A stretch of 64,000 nucleotides of DNA from Candidatus Heimdallarchaeota archaeon (GTDB taxonomy: Archaea > Asgardarchaeota > Heimdallarchaeia > Hodarchaeales > Hodarchaeaceae), in NCBI GenBank assembly GCA_048881705.1, contig JBHLSH010000009.1, positions 1 to 64,000 of the forward strand, in the 5' to 3' direction. Under the pieces are notes generated by a model. That model was not told the origin of the DNA and made no database searches. It saw nothing but the letters and a program-made list of their open reading frames with translations. How positions within the stretch are numbered: position 1 is the stretch's first letter; each line of letters starts with the position of its first letter. The position numbers and the translations under genes are program-made. Shown here in pieces: positions 19,348 to 28,100 of the stretch.

Positions 19348-20550
19348 TCAGATGGATTGCCAACCATTGAAGTAGAACGAGAAGAGAAGATTAGCTAATA
19401 AAACTCCAAGCGCAAAATATCGAACAAGAGACAGATGTTGCCGAAAACGGGGCCCGAGATATGAGGCCAGCAATTTATCGCCATCAAGGAAGGGAATAGG
19501 TAATAGATTCATTATAGCCAACATAAGGTTGAGAGTAAAAATGTAAAGTACACAGTTAAAGAGCCAATATGGGATTAAATTCAAAAAAACCGAGGCAGGA
19601 AAAAAGCGGGGAGGATAGAATTCCCATGTACGTACACCAATAAATCCTTTACTCGTGTTATCCGAACGGGGAATGGTTTGAAGAATAATCGGGAGAATCT
19701 CCGGATTAGCAAAATGAAAGGTCAAGGTTTGATTGGGAAGAACGGCTGTGTCCACAAAGCTATGGAAATCATTTACGGAATGGATAATGTATTCTTGACT
19801 GGAGGATTCGATCCTTACAATGGCATAACCAGGTTTCAATCCAGCTAGTGCAGCGGGATTCTCAGGAATTGTTTCGATTATAAGAGCCCCTTCAGATTCC
19901 GCCTGATACAGGGGCGTGATTAGAAGGGGAAAACCTTGTGGAATGACAAGAATGGTGAAAAAAAAGCCTGCGACAAGCATATTCGAAAGGGCGCCAGCTG
20001 CCATGATACGCATGATAGCCCGACGAGACTTTGAATTGAGACTCTGTTCATCGGGTTCTACAAAAGCACCGAAAAGAACAAAAAATACAAAAAGCCCTGT
20101 ACTTTTGAGTTCAACGCCCTCCACGCGCGCGGCAATGCCATGAGCAAACTCATGAACGGCAGCACCAATCATAATCGCAACAAAGAAGTAGGGGAGAGAT
20201 TGCAATGAGACTGTTATCCCAGGTATTACTGGAGTGACCACAATGGCTGTGCCCCCATTGGTTCCATCGGGAGATGGTAGAAAAAAGAGAGGAATGTTAA
20301 TTGTAAATACCAACAGACCTATCAGTAAAATCCCGATTCCAGATACGATTCCGATATCAAAAACAAATTTCCAGCCTGTTTTCCCCCTACTCGCCAGTCT
20401 ATCAATAAATCGGTTTAACCTGGTCGTACGGTACATAGCATAACCCAATCCAATGGATGGATTCTTAACACTAAACCACGGGATACGGGATATCGTGTGA
20501 AGGGTAAACCAAGCAAAGGCGATTATTAAGAGAAATGTTATTGGATCCAC
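19348..20550 (-). CDS. site-2 protease (M50) with PDZ domain
   Basis: HEFAH and NLLPIPFLDG; NPAALAGLKPG PDZ segment. Confidence 0.92.
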   Translation of the reverse strand: MDPITFLLIIAFAWFTLHTISRIPWFSVKNPSIGLGYAMYRTTRLNRFIDRLASRGKTGWKFVFDIGIVSGIGILLIGLLVFTINIPLFFLPSPDGTNGGTAIVVTPVIPGITVSLQSLPYFFVAIMIGAAVHEFAHGIAARVEGVELKSTGLFVFFVLFGAFVEPDEQSLNSKSRRAIMRIMAAGALSNMLVAGFFFTILVIPQGFPLLITPLYQAESEGALIIETIPENPAALAGLKPGYAIVRIESSSQEYIIHSVNDFHSFVDTAVLPNQTLTFHFANPEILPIILQTIPRSDNTSKGFIGVRTWEFYPPRFFPASVFLNLIPYWLFNCVLYIFTLNLMLAIMNLLPIPFLDGDKLLASYLGPRFRQHLSLVRYFALGVLLANLLFSFYFNGWQSI

Positions 20551-21001
20551 GATGTCACATCTCTTAAGATGTCGAAAAATATCCCCAGAATCCTTTTTCT
20601 ATTAATTTCCGGCGAACTTTCTTCGCATTGATAGTGATAGCCGCATATCTCATTGAACCACACCGTAAAGGAATAGACTTTCTTTTATTTTGAGTGCATT
20701 GCCAGGATAAGCGTTTAAAAAACACGAGAACGCGTAATTAGATACCTTTTGATTCATGGGCACCGTAGAAATTCAACTAAAAAACATAGACCAACGATTT
20801 TTGGGGACGTCCATGGCAGCTTGGAAGAGAGACCCACCAATTGTACAACAATAATCTTAAAACGTAAAAATCAGGGGAATCATTGAGAGTGATTGGCCAA
20901 TGACGTCTCTAGCCCTCCAAGAGGTTGGGTCTCTAACCCTCCCGTGATGATGATTTTGAGTTCCAAGGCCGCCTCTCGTTCTTCTCCTGATCACAGGTTT
21001 T

Positions 21002-21502
21002 TCAAGAAGATCTTACTTGATCGTCCTTGCGGATCCGGGTGCTTCGCTCTAGGGTACCATCGGGACGAGTGACAGTAGGACATATAATAATAGTCAGGCG
21101 GGTTTTTTTTGATTCTTCACGGGCCCTATTGATAGCAATTGCTCCTGAACATGTTTCCTGAGACACGACTAAGGCCGCGAGGTTTGATTGTTCTGCTAAC
21201 TTACGATCCTTTCCCTGAATATCTAAGCGGGAAAAATAAACATTTGTGGGCCGGTCTCGGAGGTGATCTCGTATTTGATTTTCCCGAGTTGGATACGGCT
21301 GGATCAATTCTCGATACTTTTTCCGTGAATTATCCAAATAAGTGGCGGTGGTTAGTCCTATATGTATACTTTCGCCGAAATAGGCCGCTAAATCCAAAAG
21401 AAGCTTGTGGCCATCGTGTAATCGATCGAATGTTCCTCCCATTCCAACACTCACAAACTGCCTTTTTCCTGACCTTCGCGCTGGAAATGAACGGGATTTC
21501 AT
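21002..21502 (-). CDS. coaD: phosphopantetheine adenylyltransferase (archaeal type)
   Basis: GGTFDRLHDGH, LVVSQET, STRIR. Confidence 0.88.
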   Translation of the reverse strand: MKSRSFPARRSGKRQFVSVGMGGTFDRLHDGHKLLLDLAAYFGESIHIGLTTATYLDNSRKKYRELIQPYPTRENQIRDHLRDRPTNVYFSRLDIQGKDRKLAEQSNLAALVVSQETCSGAIAINRAREESKKTRLTIIICPTVTRPDGTLERSTRIRKDDQVRSS

Positions 21503-21636
21503 TACAAAATCTGAGGTCCAAAAGGCTTTAATAATGCATCTCTCGAAAATATCGTGGAGACACTATTCTTCTTTTTACGAGGACAGGATGAGTCGGGTTC
21601 CCCCCTCTATGATTCCGAGTGCAAACAAGAAGAAAC

Positions 21637-21974
21637 ATCCCGTAGGCATTTCTCCACCATGATTAGGAGACGGGCTCTCGCTAGAGGTAGGATGTGTCAT
21701 CCACCGATGAGCGATTCTGGGTCAACCCTCCTAACCAACAGGAGAATGCGGGATCGGTAAAAGCCCTGCATGAGAGAATTCGGCTGAATCACGTCGAACG
21801 ACGGATCCGTGTGGTCGAGCGTTAGTGTATAGGGCTACAGATCCATACTCTTAAGGATGCCCCGAGTTACGAGGGAATCGGGGGCTTGGGCAGAAACCTT
21901 GGGCACGGGACTTCCACTCCTTCCCGTGTCATCAGTACCGCAACGGAATTCTGCCTGGACTGTGCAAGACACGC
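21637..21974. ncRNA. candidate structured non-coding RNA of unknown class
   Basis: ~55% GC over 21661-21960 (counted); nested helices such as CACGGGA/TCCCGTG, GGCAGAA/TTCTGCC, GCCCCGA/TCGGGGGC, GGATG/CATCC, CTCCT/AGGAG, CCCGT/ACGGG; no convincing ORF. Confidence 0.5.
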
Positions 21975-22229
21975 CTAGAGAACGCCCCTAAGAAAGTCGT
22001 GCACTATGAGGTTGGCGATGAGTAGGAGATGGTACCGGAGAGAGGAATGGCCATGAGTTAGGCTTTCATTTAATTGGCGTAACTCGTTTGACTGATAGAT
22101 GTACTGGTATAACCTCCAGATGTTGCCTTCTACTTGTTCTAGCTCGTGAGCGAGGGCCTCAAAATCTATTGTTCCTTTGGCTTCCCAGGTGTACCGATTG
22201 GTGCGGGGGGAGCGAATGGTGCGCGTCAT
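21975..22229 (-). CDS. small helical hypothetical protein
   Basis: ATG at 22229 (MTRTIRSP...), amphipathic helices IDFEALAHELEQVEGNIWRLYQY; the upstream part of the track ORF overlaps the preceding gene's end. Confidence 0.45.
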   Translation of the reverse strand: MTRTIRSPRTNRYTWEAKGTIDFEALAHELEQVEGNIWRLYQYIYQSNELRQLNESLTHGHSSLRYHLLLIANLIVHDFLRGVL

Positions 22230-22309
22230 GCTAGCGGCAATACCTAGATGTAACAAATCTTCCCCTAATCTTCTATTTCTTCTAAATCTTAGATCTGGAT
22301 CTAAATCCT

Positions 22310-23524
22310 TTAATTCTTGTTGTTGTCTTGCATAAGCCACCTTTGATGCTTCTTGTAATCGCGGTAAACAAATATGAGGGGTAAAACTACTAATGGAACA
22401 AATGTTAACACCCCAACAACAGAGTTAATGGTGTTTTCAGATATAAAAGAGGCCCCACCCGTGGTTGTCCGAAAACTCCACTCTTTTCGATACCCGACAG
22501 CCCAGCCATGGGTTTCGTTGGCAAAGGAAATCGAAGAAGGTCCAGACGAATCAGGAAGAGGTGTCCAGGTGGCCCCACCATTCTCAGTGACATGGATTCC
22601 ATAGTACCCCACGGCCCAGCCTTTCGATTCGGAGATGAATTCAATGTCCAATAATGCATTGGGTACTTCTAGGGGGATAAAGGGGCGATAGCGGTATTGA
22701 AGCACCCAATGATCGCCGCCATCGGTGGTCCCGAAAATGCTGTTCTCGTATCCGACCACCCAGCCCCGATGATCGTCCCAAAAGAAAATATCCCGAAAAT
22801 TCGTTGAAACGCCAGCGTCTTGGACTTCATACGATTGCCACCCCGTGGTAGTCCGTATGATGTTACCAAAGCCACCTGATGCCCAGCCATGAGTATTATT
22901 CACCATGGTAAAATCAAGGAGAGCGAGAGAGACGTTAGAAACGAAGTTCCAGCTTTGGTTTGTAATATTGATTCGGAAAAAAGTACGAGTTCCTAACACC
23001 CAGGCGGTGTTTTCATCGGTGGTAACAACATCCCATAAATAAGTTCCCCACCATCCATCTGGTGCTCTCTTATCATCTAGCAAGATCCATGACAGCCCCC
23101 CATCCCGCGTAATTAGAATCTCTGCCCTTTTGCTTACTACAGTGCCCACATCAGCATTAAAAAAGTCCATAGCTTGAATACTAGAATTGATTCCCGAGTG
23201 TTGAGGGGCCCAGGACAATCCCCCATCGGTGGTTGCCATTATCAGGCCGTCCTCTCCACCAATCCATCCATGGAAGGAGTCGCCAAAATCAAGGGCGGTC
23301 ACCCCTGTTGCGGGATATGTCGCGATGTTTATTGGACGCCATCCTGTGGGTACGCCCTCCAAGTAAACCATAAATGGGAAACGTAAAAACGTCAGCCCGA
23401 GAAAAATGGTTGCCCACACCAAAACAAATATCGCTACTAGGGCGATCGGCCGTGATTTTCGGGTCTCTATCTGAAAAGGCATTATTCTGCCTGACATATC
23501 CATTAACTCCTCCTTCGACTCCAA
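22310..23524 (-). CDS. YCF48/BNR-repeat beta-propeller protein, membrane anchored at both ends
   Basis: repeated (A/G)WxxG...TxDGGxxW motifs; N- and C-terminal TM segments. Confidence 0.88.
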   Translation of the reverse strand: MESKEELMDMSGRIMPFQIETRKSRPIALVAIFVLVWATIFLGLTFLRFPFMVYLEGVPTGWRPINIATYPATGVTALDFGDSFHGWIGGEDGLIMATTDGGLSWAPQHSGINSSIQAMDFFNADVGTVVSKRAEILITRDGGLSWILLDDKRAPDGWWGTYLWDVVTTDENTAWVLGTRTFFRINITNQSWNFVSNVSLALLDFTMVNNTHGWASGGFGNIIRTTTGWQSYEVQDAGVSTNFRDIFFWDDHRGWVVGYENSIFGTTDGGDHWVLQYRYRPFIPLEVPNALLDIEFISESKGWAVGYYGIHVTENGGATWTPLPDSSGPSSISFANETHGWAVGYRKEWSFRTTTGGASFISENTINSVVGVLTFVPLVVLPLIFVYRDYKKHQRWLMQDNNKN

Positions 23525-23970
23525 CGCCTGCTGGATACGTCCTGAACCTCTGCTCGCAAGTGGAATATTTCTTTATTATCACCTTTCAACACCACGGTTA
23601 TATAAATTTTTTCTTTGCCCTCCCAAAATGATTGTAACTGTAAAAGAAATAGCTGGCTCAAGCAAAAGGGTATTCAAACGAGTTTCCAATAGCACACTGA
23701 TTGAGAATCTTCATGAAATGATTCGCTTGGTTAAACAAGCTTTTGGAGTAATGGCAGAGGGAACGCTACTTCGGGTGGGGTTTAATCCCAAGTCGTTCTG
23801 TGCGAATAACATGGGTCTGAGGTCTCACAGCGGATGCCCAAAGATGATGTGCGGTATCGATTCAGGGACGTCCAACATTAAAGGTGAGACCCCTTCGCAC
23901 TCACTTGAAATGAACATTAGGTGTTTAATCTTCTTCCACACATTGGCCTCTTCCCTACCATGGATTTGAT

Positions 23971-24276
23971 GTGATTGCGGGTTTTACGGGGTATTTGTCA
24001 GATCATTCGGGGAGAGCTGGTAACAATAAATTCGTGGTTACCAAAGGAACTTTTGGGGTGATAGTCCACGATTCTACCATGGATAACCTAGTCCAACACG
24101 AAGCATCTCATATGTACGGAGCCCTTGAACGTTGGGATTGGGAATGGTGGTTGGGTCAACCGTCCGTCATGAGTAAACCAACGGGTTTATATAACGCGGA
24201 TCATTGTGGATGGGCAGATTTAATCCGTATGGAGCCGGGCGAAGGACAGTTCGATGGCACTTGGGAATTCCGGTAA
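23971..24276 (+). pseudogene. truncated zinc metalloprotease (HExxH) remnant
   Basis: QHEASHMYG motif and a downstream SVMS Met-turn-like motif; the frame extends only ~14 codons upstream to a TAA. Confidence 0.5.
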
Positions 24277-24808
24277 GAGGCGCCTTTGGGCCTTTCTCCT
24301 CTTTTTTTTGCTGGCACTTGGGGTATTCGTCATCTCGGTTCTCCGATTTCCCATTTTCGGGATCCAGTGGATAGAAAACTACGAACAGATACCGCCCACC
24401 CATTTTTATTACGGAAACAACACAGAGGAAACACAGATAGCCACTCAGGGGGTCGCGGTGGTCAATGAGGCGTGGGTGGAAATCTATTGCCACTTATACG
24501 CGAATTCAACAAACAAAATTACCCTTGTTCCCACCCGTGCTTATTGGAATCTGACTTCGATCTCTGTAGCGCCAGGACAGATCATTAACGTCACCGTGAC
24601 CAATGGTAATTTAAACTTGGATTCGGATGTGGCGGCTGGGCTTCAACTATATATTGTCCGCCCATCGGCCGACGATGTGGTGCAAGGGGTGTTGATCTTA
24701 AGGGTCATCACGCCCGGCTGGCAGAAAGTCTCGTGGGAATGGTTCGCAGGCCTAGGAGCCCTCATTCCTCTTACCTTTCTCAAAAAACTGAAAAAGAAAC
24801 ACAGGTAA
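24254..24808 (+). CDS. membrane-anchored hypothetical protein
   Basis: N-terminal TM then LRFP, beta-rich middle, C-terminal TM with basic tail. Confidence 0.65.
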   Translation: MALGNSGKRRLWAFLLFFLLALGVFVISVLRFPIFGIQWIENYEQIPPTHFYYGNNTEETQIATQGVAVVNEAWVEIYCHLYANSTNKITLVPTRAYWNLTSISVAPGQIINVTVTNGNLNLDSDVAAGLQLYIVRPSADDVVQGVLILRVITPGWQKVSWEWFAGLGALIPLTFLKKLKKKHR

Positions 24809-25302
24809 AATCTGTCTTAAGGATAGCAACAGCCGCACCCAGGGAAGGAAAAGAAACAAAACGATGATTCACTGTAGGGTGAAATATCGACCCACCGTTG
24901 AGGATTTTTTATATGTTCGATGTGATTTTTCATTCGATATGGGATATTAGTCATTGAGAGAGACAAGGGAAAAATGTGGGAATTTTTCTGAGATCTCCAA
25001 AATCAGGGATTTTTGAAATGGTTTAGATCTATTAAATAGATAGATTCGATGGTTCGTCTTCCTACTACTAAATGGATGAGTAATCTCTTTAATGACATTA
25101 GAGTGTTTTTTCCAGATATTAAGGGTTTCTGGTTACGAATAAATCCTTTTTTTAGAACCTCGAGTTCATTATCCCCTTCCCTGGCTGGAAAATAATGCTT
25201 TTTACCCTCAGTGTTCATGACATTAGGGAGTGAATTCCAGGTTTGATACCTTTAAAAAAGGTGAAAAAAGAAAAGTCATAAAATCAGGCGTTGGTTTGAA
25301 AT

Positions 25303-25893
25303 TTGGCTCTCGATCCGATACAGCTGATATCCAAAACACTTGTAGATTGGAACTTCATTGTACTGATCATTGGGGGACTCCTCGCAGCATCATGGTTAAT
25401 CGTAAGGTTGGCAGGCGTAAGTGCAGAGGATCTCTCAAGTACCGTCGAGAAATTAGCAATCATTGGATTGGTGGTTGGAGGCATTTCTCTTATCACCGTT
25501 GGGGCGGGCATTTATCTTTTCTCTCACAATATAATGGGAGATACTCCATTTGACATAGTAACAATTGTATGCTTAGTATTACTTGGATTCATACTAATTT
25601 TGCGCCCTATCAAGGATTTTCGGTTCGGAGCCTTCCTTTCCCTAGGAATTGGGTTATTAGGTGCAGGATTTCTGGTCTTTTTTGGAACTGATTCCGTTAA
25701 ATTATTGGCAGGGGCCTTTCTCCTGTTATTTTTCGTTATTTATGGAGCAATAAAACTAGTGGAGGATCTTTACCTCCTTATTGCTGAAACCCTCTCTTCT
25801 CCATTAATTTCCGTTGGGATTGGCATCATGTGCGTGCTACAAGGAGTACTAGAACTTCTTGGGACTTCAATCTTTGTAATATTAGGCGGATAG
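25303..25893 (+). CDS. integral membrane protein (about 6 TM)
   Basis: almost entirely hydrophobic 196-aa ORF. Confidence 0.75.
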   Translation: MALDPIQLISKTLVDWNFIVLIIGGLLAASWLIVRLAGVSAEDLSSTVEKLAIIGLVVGGISLITVGAGIYLFSHNIMGDTPFDIVTIVCLVLLGFILILRPIKDFRFGAFLSLGIGLLGAGFLVFFGTDSVKLLAGAFLLLFFVIYGAIKLVEDLYLLIAETLSSPLISVGIGIMCVLQGVLELLGTSIFVILGG

Positions 25894-25900
25894 CGCCTTT

Positions 25901-26413
25901 CTAGGCCTCTATTTCCAATCGTACAGGACTTTTTGAAATCAGGCTTGCAATCTGTTCGGATTGTTCTATCGGGAATCTTAAATTGGTAGGATCACCTTTC
26001 AAGGTGATTTTAAGCTCAATATCTCCGTCAGGGGGAACGAAAAGCTGATCGATTTCCAAAATTTCCAAAGGTGCAAAGAAATGGGCAAAGGCGGAGCGTT
26101 GTCCCGATCCGAGCTCCACAATTTCTATTTGACTATTTATCTGGTCTTCCAAAAACGCTTTTATGTCCTTGTTGTTCTGAATATTGGCGCCATTTCGTAT
26201 TAGTAATACAATGGTGTCATCCTCGTCAATCTGATGTGCCCGAGATAGCGTAACGTTTTGCAGGAGCTTGGGGTATTTTTGATCGGCCAAACCAAAAGCT
26301 TTAGAGACCTCAACGTCCAGGGATGTGATTTTCTTCTTACGAAGTTTTAATTTGCATTTCTTACATAGGATGCCAGTACGCGCGTCAAATGCACAAATAG
26401 GTGTAATAACCAC
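25901..26413 (-). CDS. NusA-like KH-domain transcription factor paralogue with N-terminal Cys motif
   Basis: TPICAFDARTGILCKKC...ITSLDVEVS pattern of the archaeal NusA-like family. Confidence 0.75.
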   Translation of the reverse strand: MVITPICAFDARTGILCKKCKLKLRKKKITSLDVEVSKAFGLADQKYPKLLQNVTLSRAHQIDEDDTIVLLIRNGANIQNNKDIKAFLEDQINSQIEIVELGSGQRSAFAHFFAPLEILEIDQLFVPPDGDIELKITLKGDPTNLRFPIEQSEQIASLISKSPVRLEIEA

Positions 26414-26434
26414 GATATCTACCTCACATTTATC

Positions 26435-27361
26435 TCATAATAGGTTTTTAAGCACAGCGGCAACAGTGTGCAGCCGATTTTCGGCCTCATCAAAAACAAC
26501 TGAGTGTTCACCATAAATAACCTCGTCTGTAACCTCTTCGTGATGCCGCGGAAGGCAATGCATGAATATATAATCGTTAGCCGCATGCTGGACAAGCGAG
26601 GCATTTACCTGATAGCCTGCAAACTTTTGGAGCTTTTCTTGAGCCTGAGCTTCCTGCCCCATCGAGATAAAGGTATCAGTAACTACCACGTTTGCATCTT
26701 TAACCGCATTAATTGGATCTAAAGTTGTTTTCACTTGATCGGAACGACTTTGGTTCTGTTTGCAGTATTCAACAATGGATGGATCAGGTTCATATCCTTC
26801 TGGCGTAGCAATACGCATGTTCATTCCCATCTTTACAGAACCGAGCATTAAGGAATGACAGACGTTATTTCCGTCGCCAATCCAAGCAATGTCGATATTG
26901 CTAAGTTTCCCGAATTTTTCCTTAATAGTTAGAATGTCAGCAAGGCCCTGAAGAGGGTGAAACTGATCGGAAAGCGCATTGATTACGGGAATACCTGCGT
27001 GCCTTGCTAGTGCTTCTATGTCCTGATGTGCAAAGACTCGAGCAAGAATTCCCGACACCATCCGTCCTAACACCTTAGCGGTATCGTAAAGAGACTCATT
27101 TACACCGAGTTGAATATCATCCTTGCCCAAGAATAAAGCGTGACCTCCTAGCTCGGCCATGGCAGTTTCTGTCGAAACTCTTGTACGAGTAGAACGTTTT
27201 TGGAAAATCATTCCCAATGTTTTTCCATGTAAGGGCTTATCGAGGATTAACTCTGAACGATGCGATTTGAATCGTGAGGCCTCATCGAGGAGAAAACGGA
27301 TTTCTTCTGATGTAAGATCCATCAGTGTTAATAGTGATCGTCCTCTTAAATTAGATTCCAT
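26435..27361 (-). CDS. argF: ornithine carbamoyltransferase
   Basis: STRTR, HPLQ, GDGNNV, SMG, HCLP, EAENR. Confidence 0.96.
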   Translation of the reverse strand: MESNLRGRSLLTLMDLTSEEIRFLLDEASRFKSHRSELILDKPLHGKTLGMIFQKRSTRTRVSTETAMAELGGHALFLGKDDIQLGVNESLYDTAKVLGRMVSGILARVFAHQDIEALARHAGIPVINALSDQFHPLQGLADILTIKEKFGKLSNIDIAWIGDGNNVCHSLMLGSVKMGMNMRIATPEGYEPDPSIVEYCKQNQSRSDQVKTTLDPINAVKDANVVVTDTFISMGQEAQAQEKLQKFAGYQVNASLVQHAANDYIFMHCLPRHHEEVTDEVIYGEHSVVFDEAENRLHTVAAVLKNLL

Positions 27362-27410
27362 TTTTATCTCTCTTTTTGGTTTCTATTGAAATACATTAGG
27401 TCAAGTGCAT

Positions 27411-27713
27411 TCAGGAGGATGTTCCACCATGGATCACGGGGATGAAGGCCAACGTATCATCTTGTTGAACCAAAGTGTCCATGCCAGACAGGGCGGAGAT
27501 TTCCTGATCATTTAAAAAGACCAGTAACGACCGTTTCACTTCTAGGGTTTCAGAAAAGAAACTACGTAACTCCTCGTATTGTGGATCTTGGGTGAGCTCG
27601 GCCACGATTAACCTCACGCTAGTGTTGGTTTCGATTGGCCAAAGCAAGGAGGGGCGGTTAAGATCATGTCTGAGCGAACCCAGGAACTTTAGCTGTATTT
27701 TCTTGAGAACCAT
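27411..27713 (-). CDS. Urm1/SAMP/MoaD-like ubiquitin-fold protein with C-terminal extension
   Basis: LVFLNDQEI...DDTLAFIPVIHGG followed by TSS-stop. Confidence 0.85.
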   Translation of the reverse strand: MVLKKIQLKFLGSLRHDLNRPSLLWPIETNTSVRLIVAELTQDPQYEELRSFFSETLEVKRSLLVFLNDQEISALSGMDTLVQQDDTLAFIPVIHGGTSS

Positions 27714-27740
27714 GGTTACATCATTTAAGAAATAAAGATA

Positions 27741-27883
27741 TGCGCCGGCCGGGAATTTTGGAAAACAGCCGCTAAAAACCTCAAAGGTTCAACATCTGCC
27801 TTCTTTCGAACCCGGGTTACCAGCTCACTCCAACCAATAAGATTATGGGAGGCTGGTATCTTACCAGGCTGGATTACCGGCGC
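27741..27883 (-). tRNA. tRNA-Gly(CCC) with two introns (20 nt at 37/38: 27826-27845; 50 nt at 59/60: 27755-27804)
   Basis: acceptor GCGCCGG/CCGGCGC, discriminator A73, anticodon stem CCAGC/GCTGG with CCC, T stem CCGGG/CCCGG; both inserts fold as BHB motifs; spliced length 73 nt. Confidence 0.92.
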
Positions 27884-27902
27884 AAGGAACTATTCTTCAA
27901 TC

Positions 27903-27908
27903 ATTAAA
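27903..27908 (-). promoter_or_regulatory. putative TATA box of tRNA-Gly
   Basis: TTTAAT on the minus strand about 20-25 nt upstream of G1. Confidence 0.35.
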
Positions 27909-28100
27909 GATCATTTTGGGTGCAGGAGATCATTACGGGGTGGATTCCCTGCGTATTTGATCTATTTACTTCCGCGTTATTTGTATTTTCTTTGCGATGC
28001 TGTTATCCTATCTCCTCCAAGGAAAAGAAAACGAGATTAGTGTTAATCAATGGTAAGCAAAGATTTTTCGTTTAAACATTTCAAAAACTAAAGGCAGAAT

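Noticed and set aside
20944-20994. C/D box sRNA (ATGATGA ... CTGA)
   Set aside because: No internal D'/C' boxes, the terminal stem does not fit k-turn geometry, and I recognised no rRNA/tRNA target; too weak to call
21830-21970. RNase P RNA (GCAGAAAC, CAACGG and GTGCAAG resemble CR-II/III and P5 motifs)
   Set aside because: No GAGGAAAGUCC-like CR-I, no ACAGAA...GCUUA CR-V on either strand, and P11 does not pair
21637-21974. SRP RNA, group II intron or cobalamin riboswitch as the identity of the structured region
   Set aside because: No helix-8 GGAA/AGCA motif; the GAGCCCGT hairpin has an 8-nt bulge unlike domain V and there is no GUGCG 5' end; the GGGAA...GTGGAAGTCC segment does not give the B12-box pairing
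23628-23969. 113-aa ORF as a real gene
   Set aside because: No motif and atypical composition; more likely decayed sequence upstream of the HExxH fragment
25003-25218. 71-aa ORF in an AT-rich intergenic region
   Set aside because: No recognisable motif or operon context; cannot be supported
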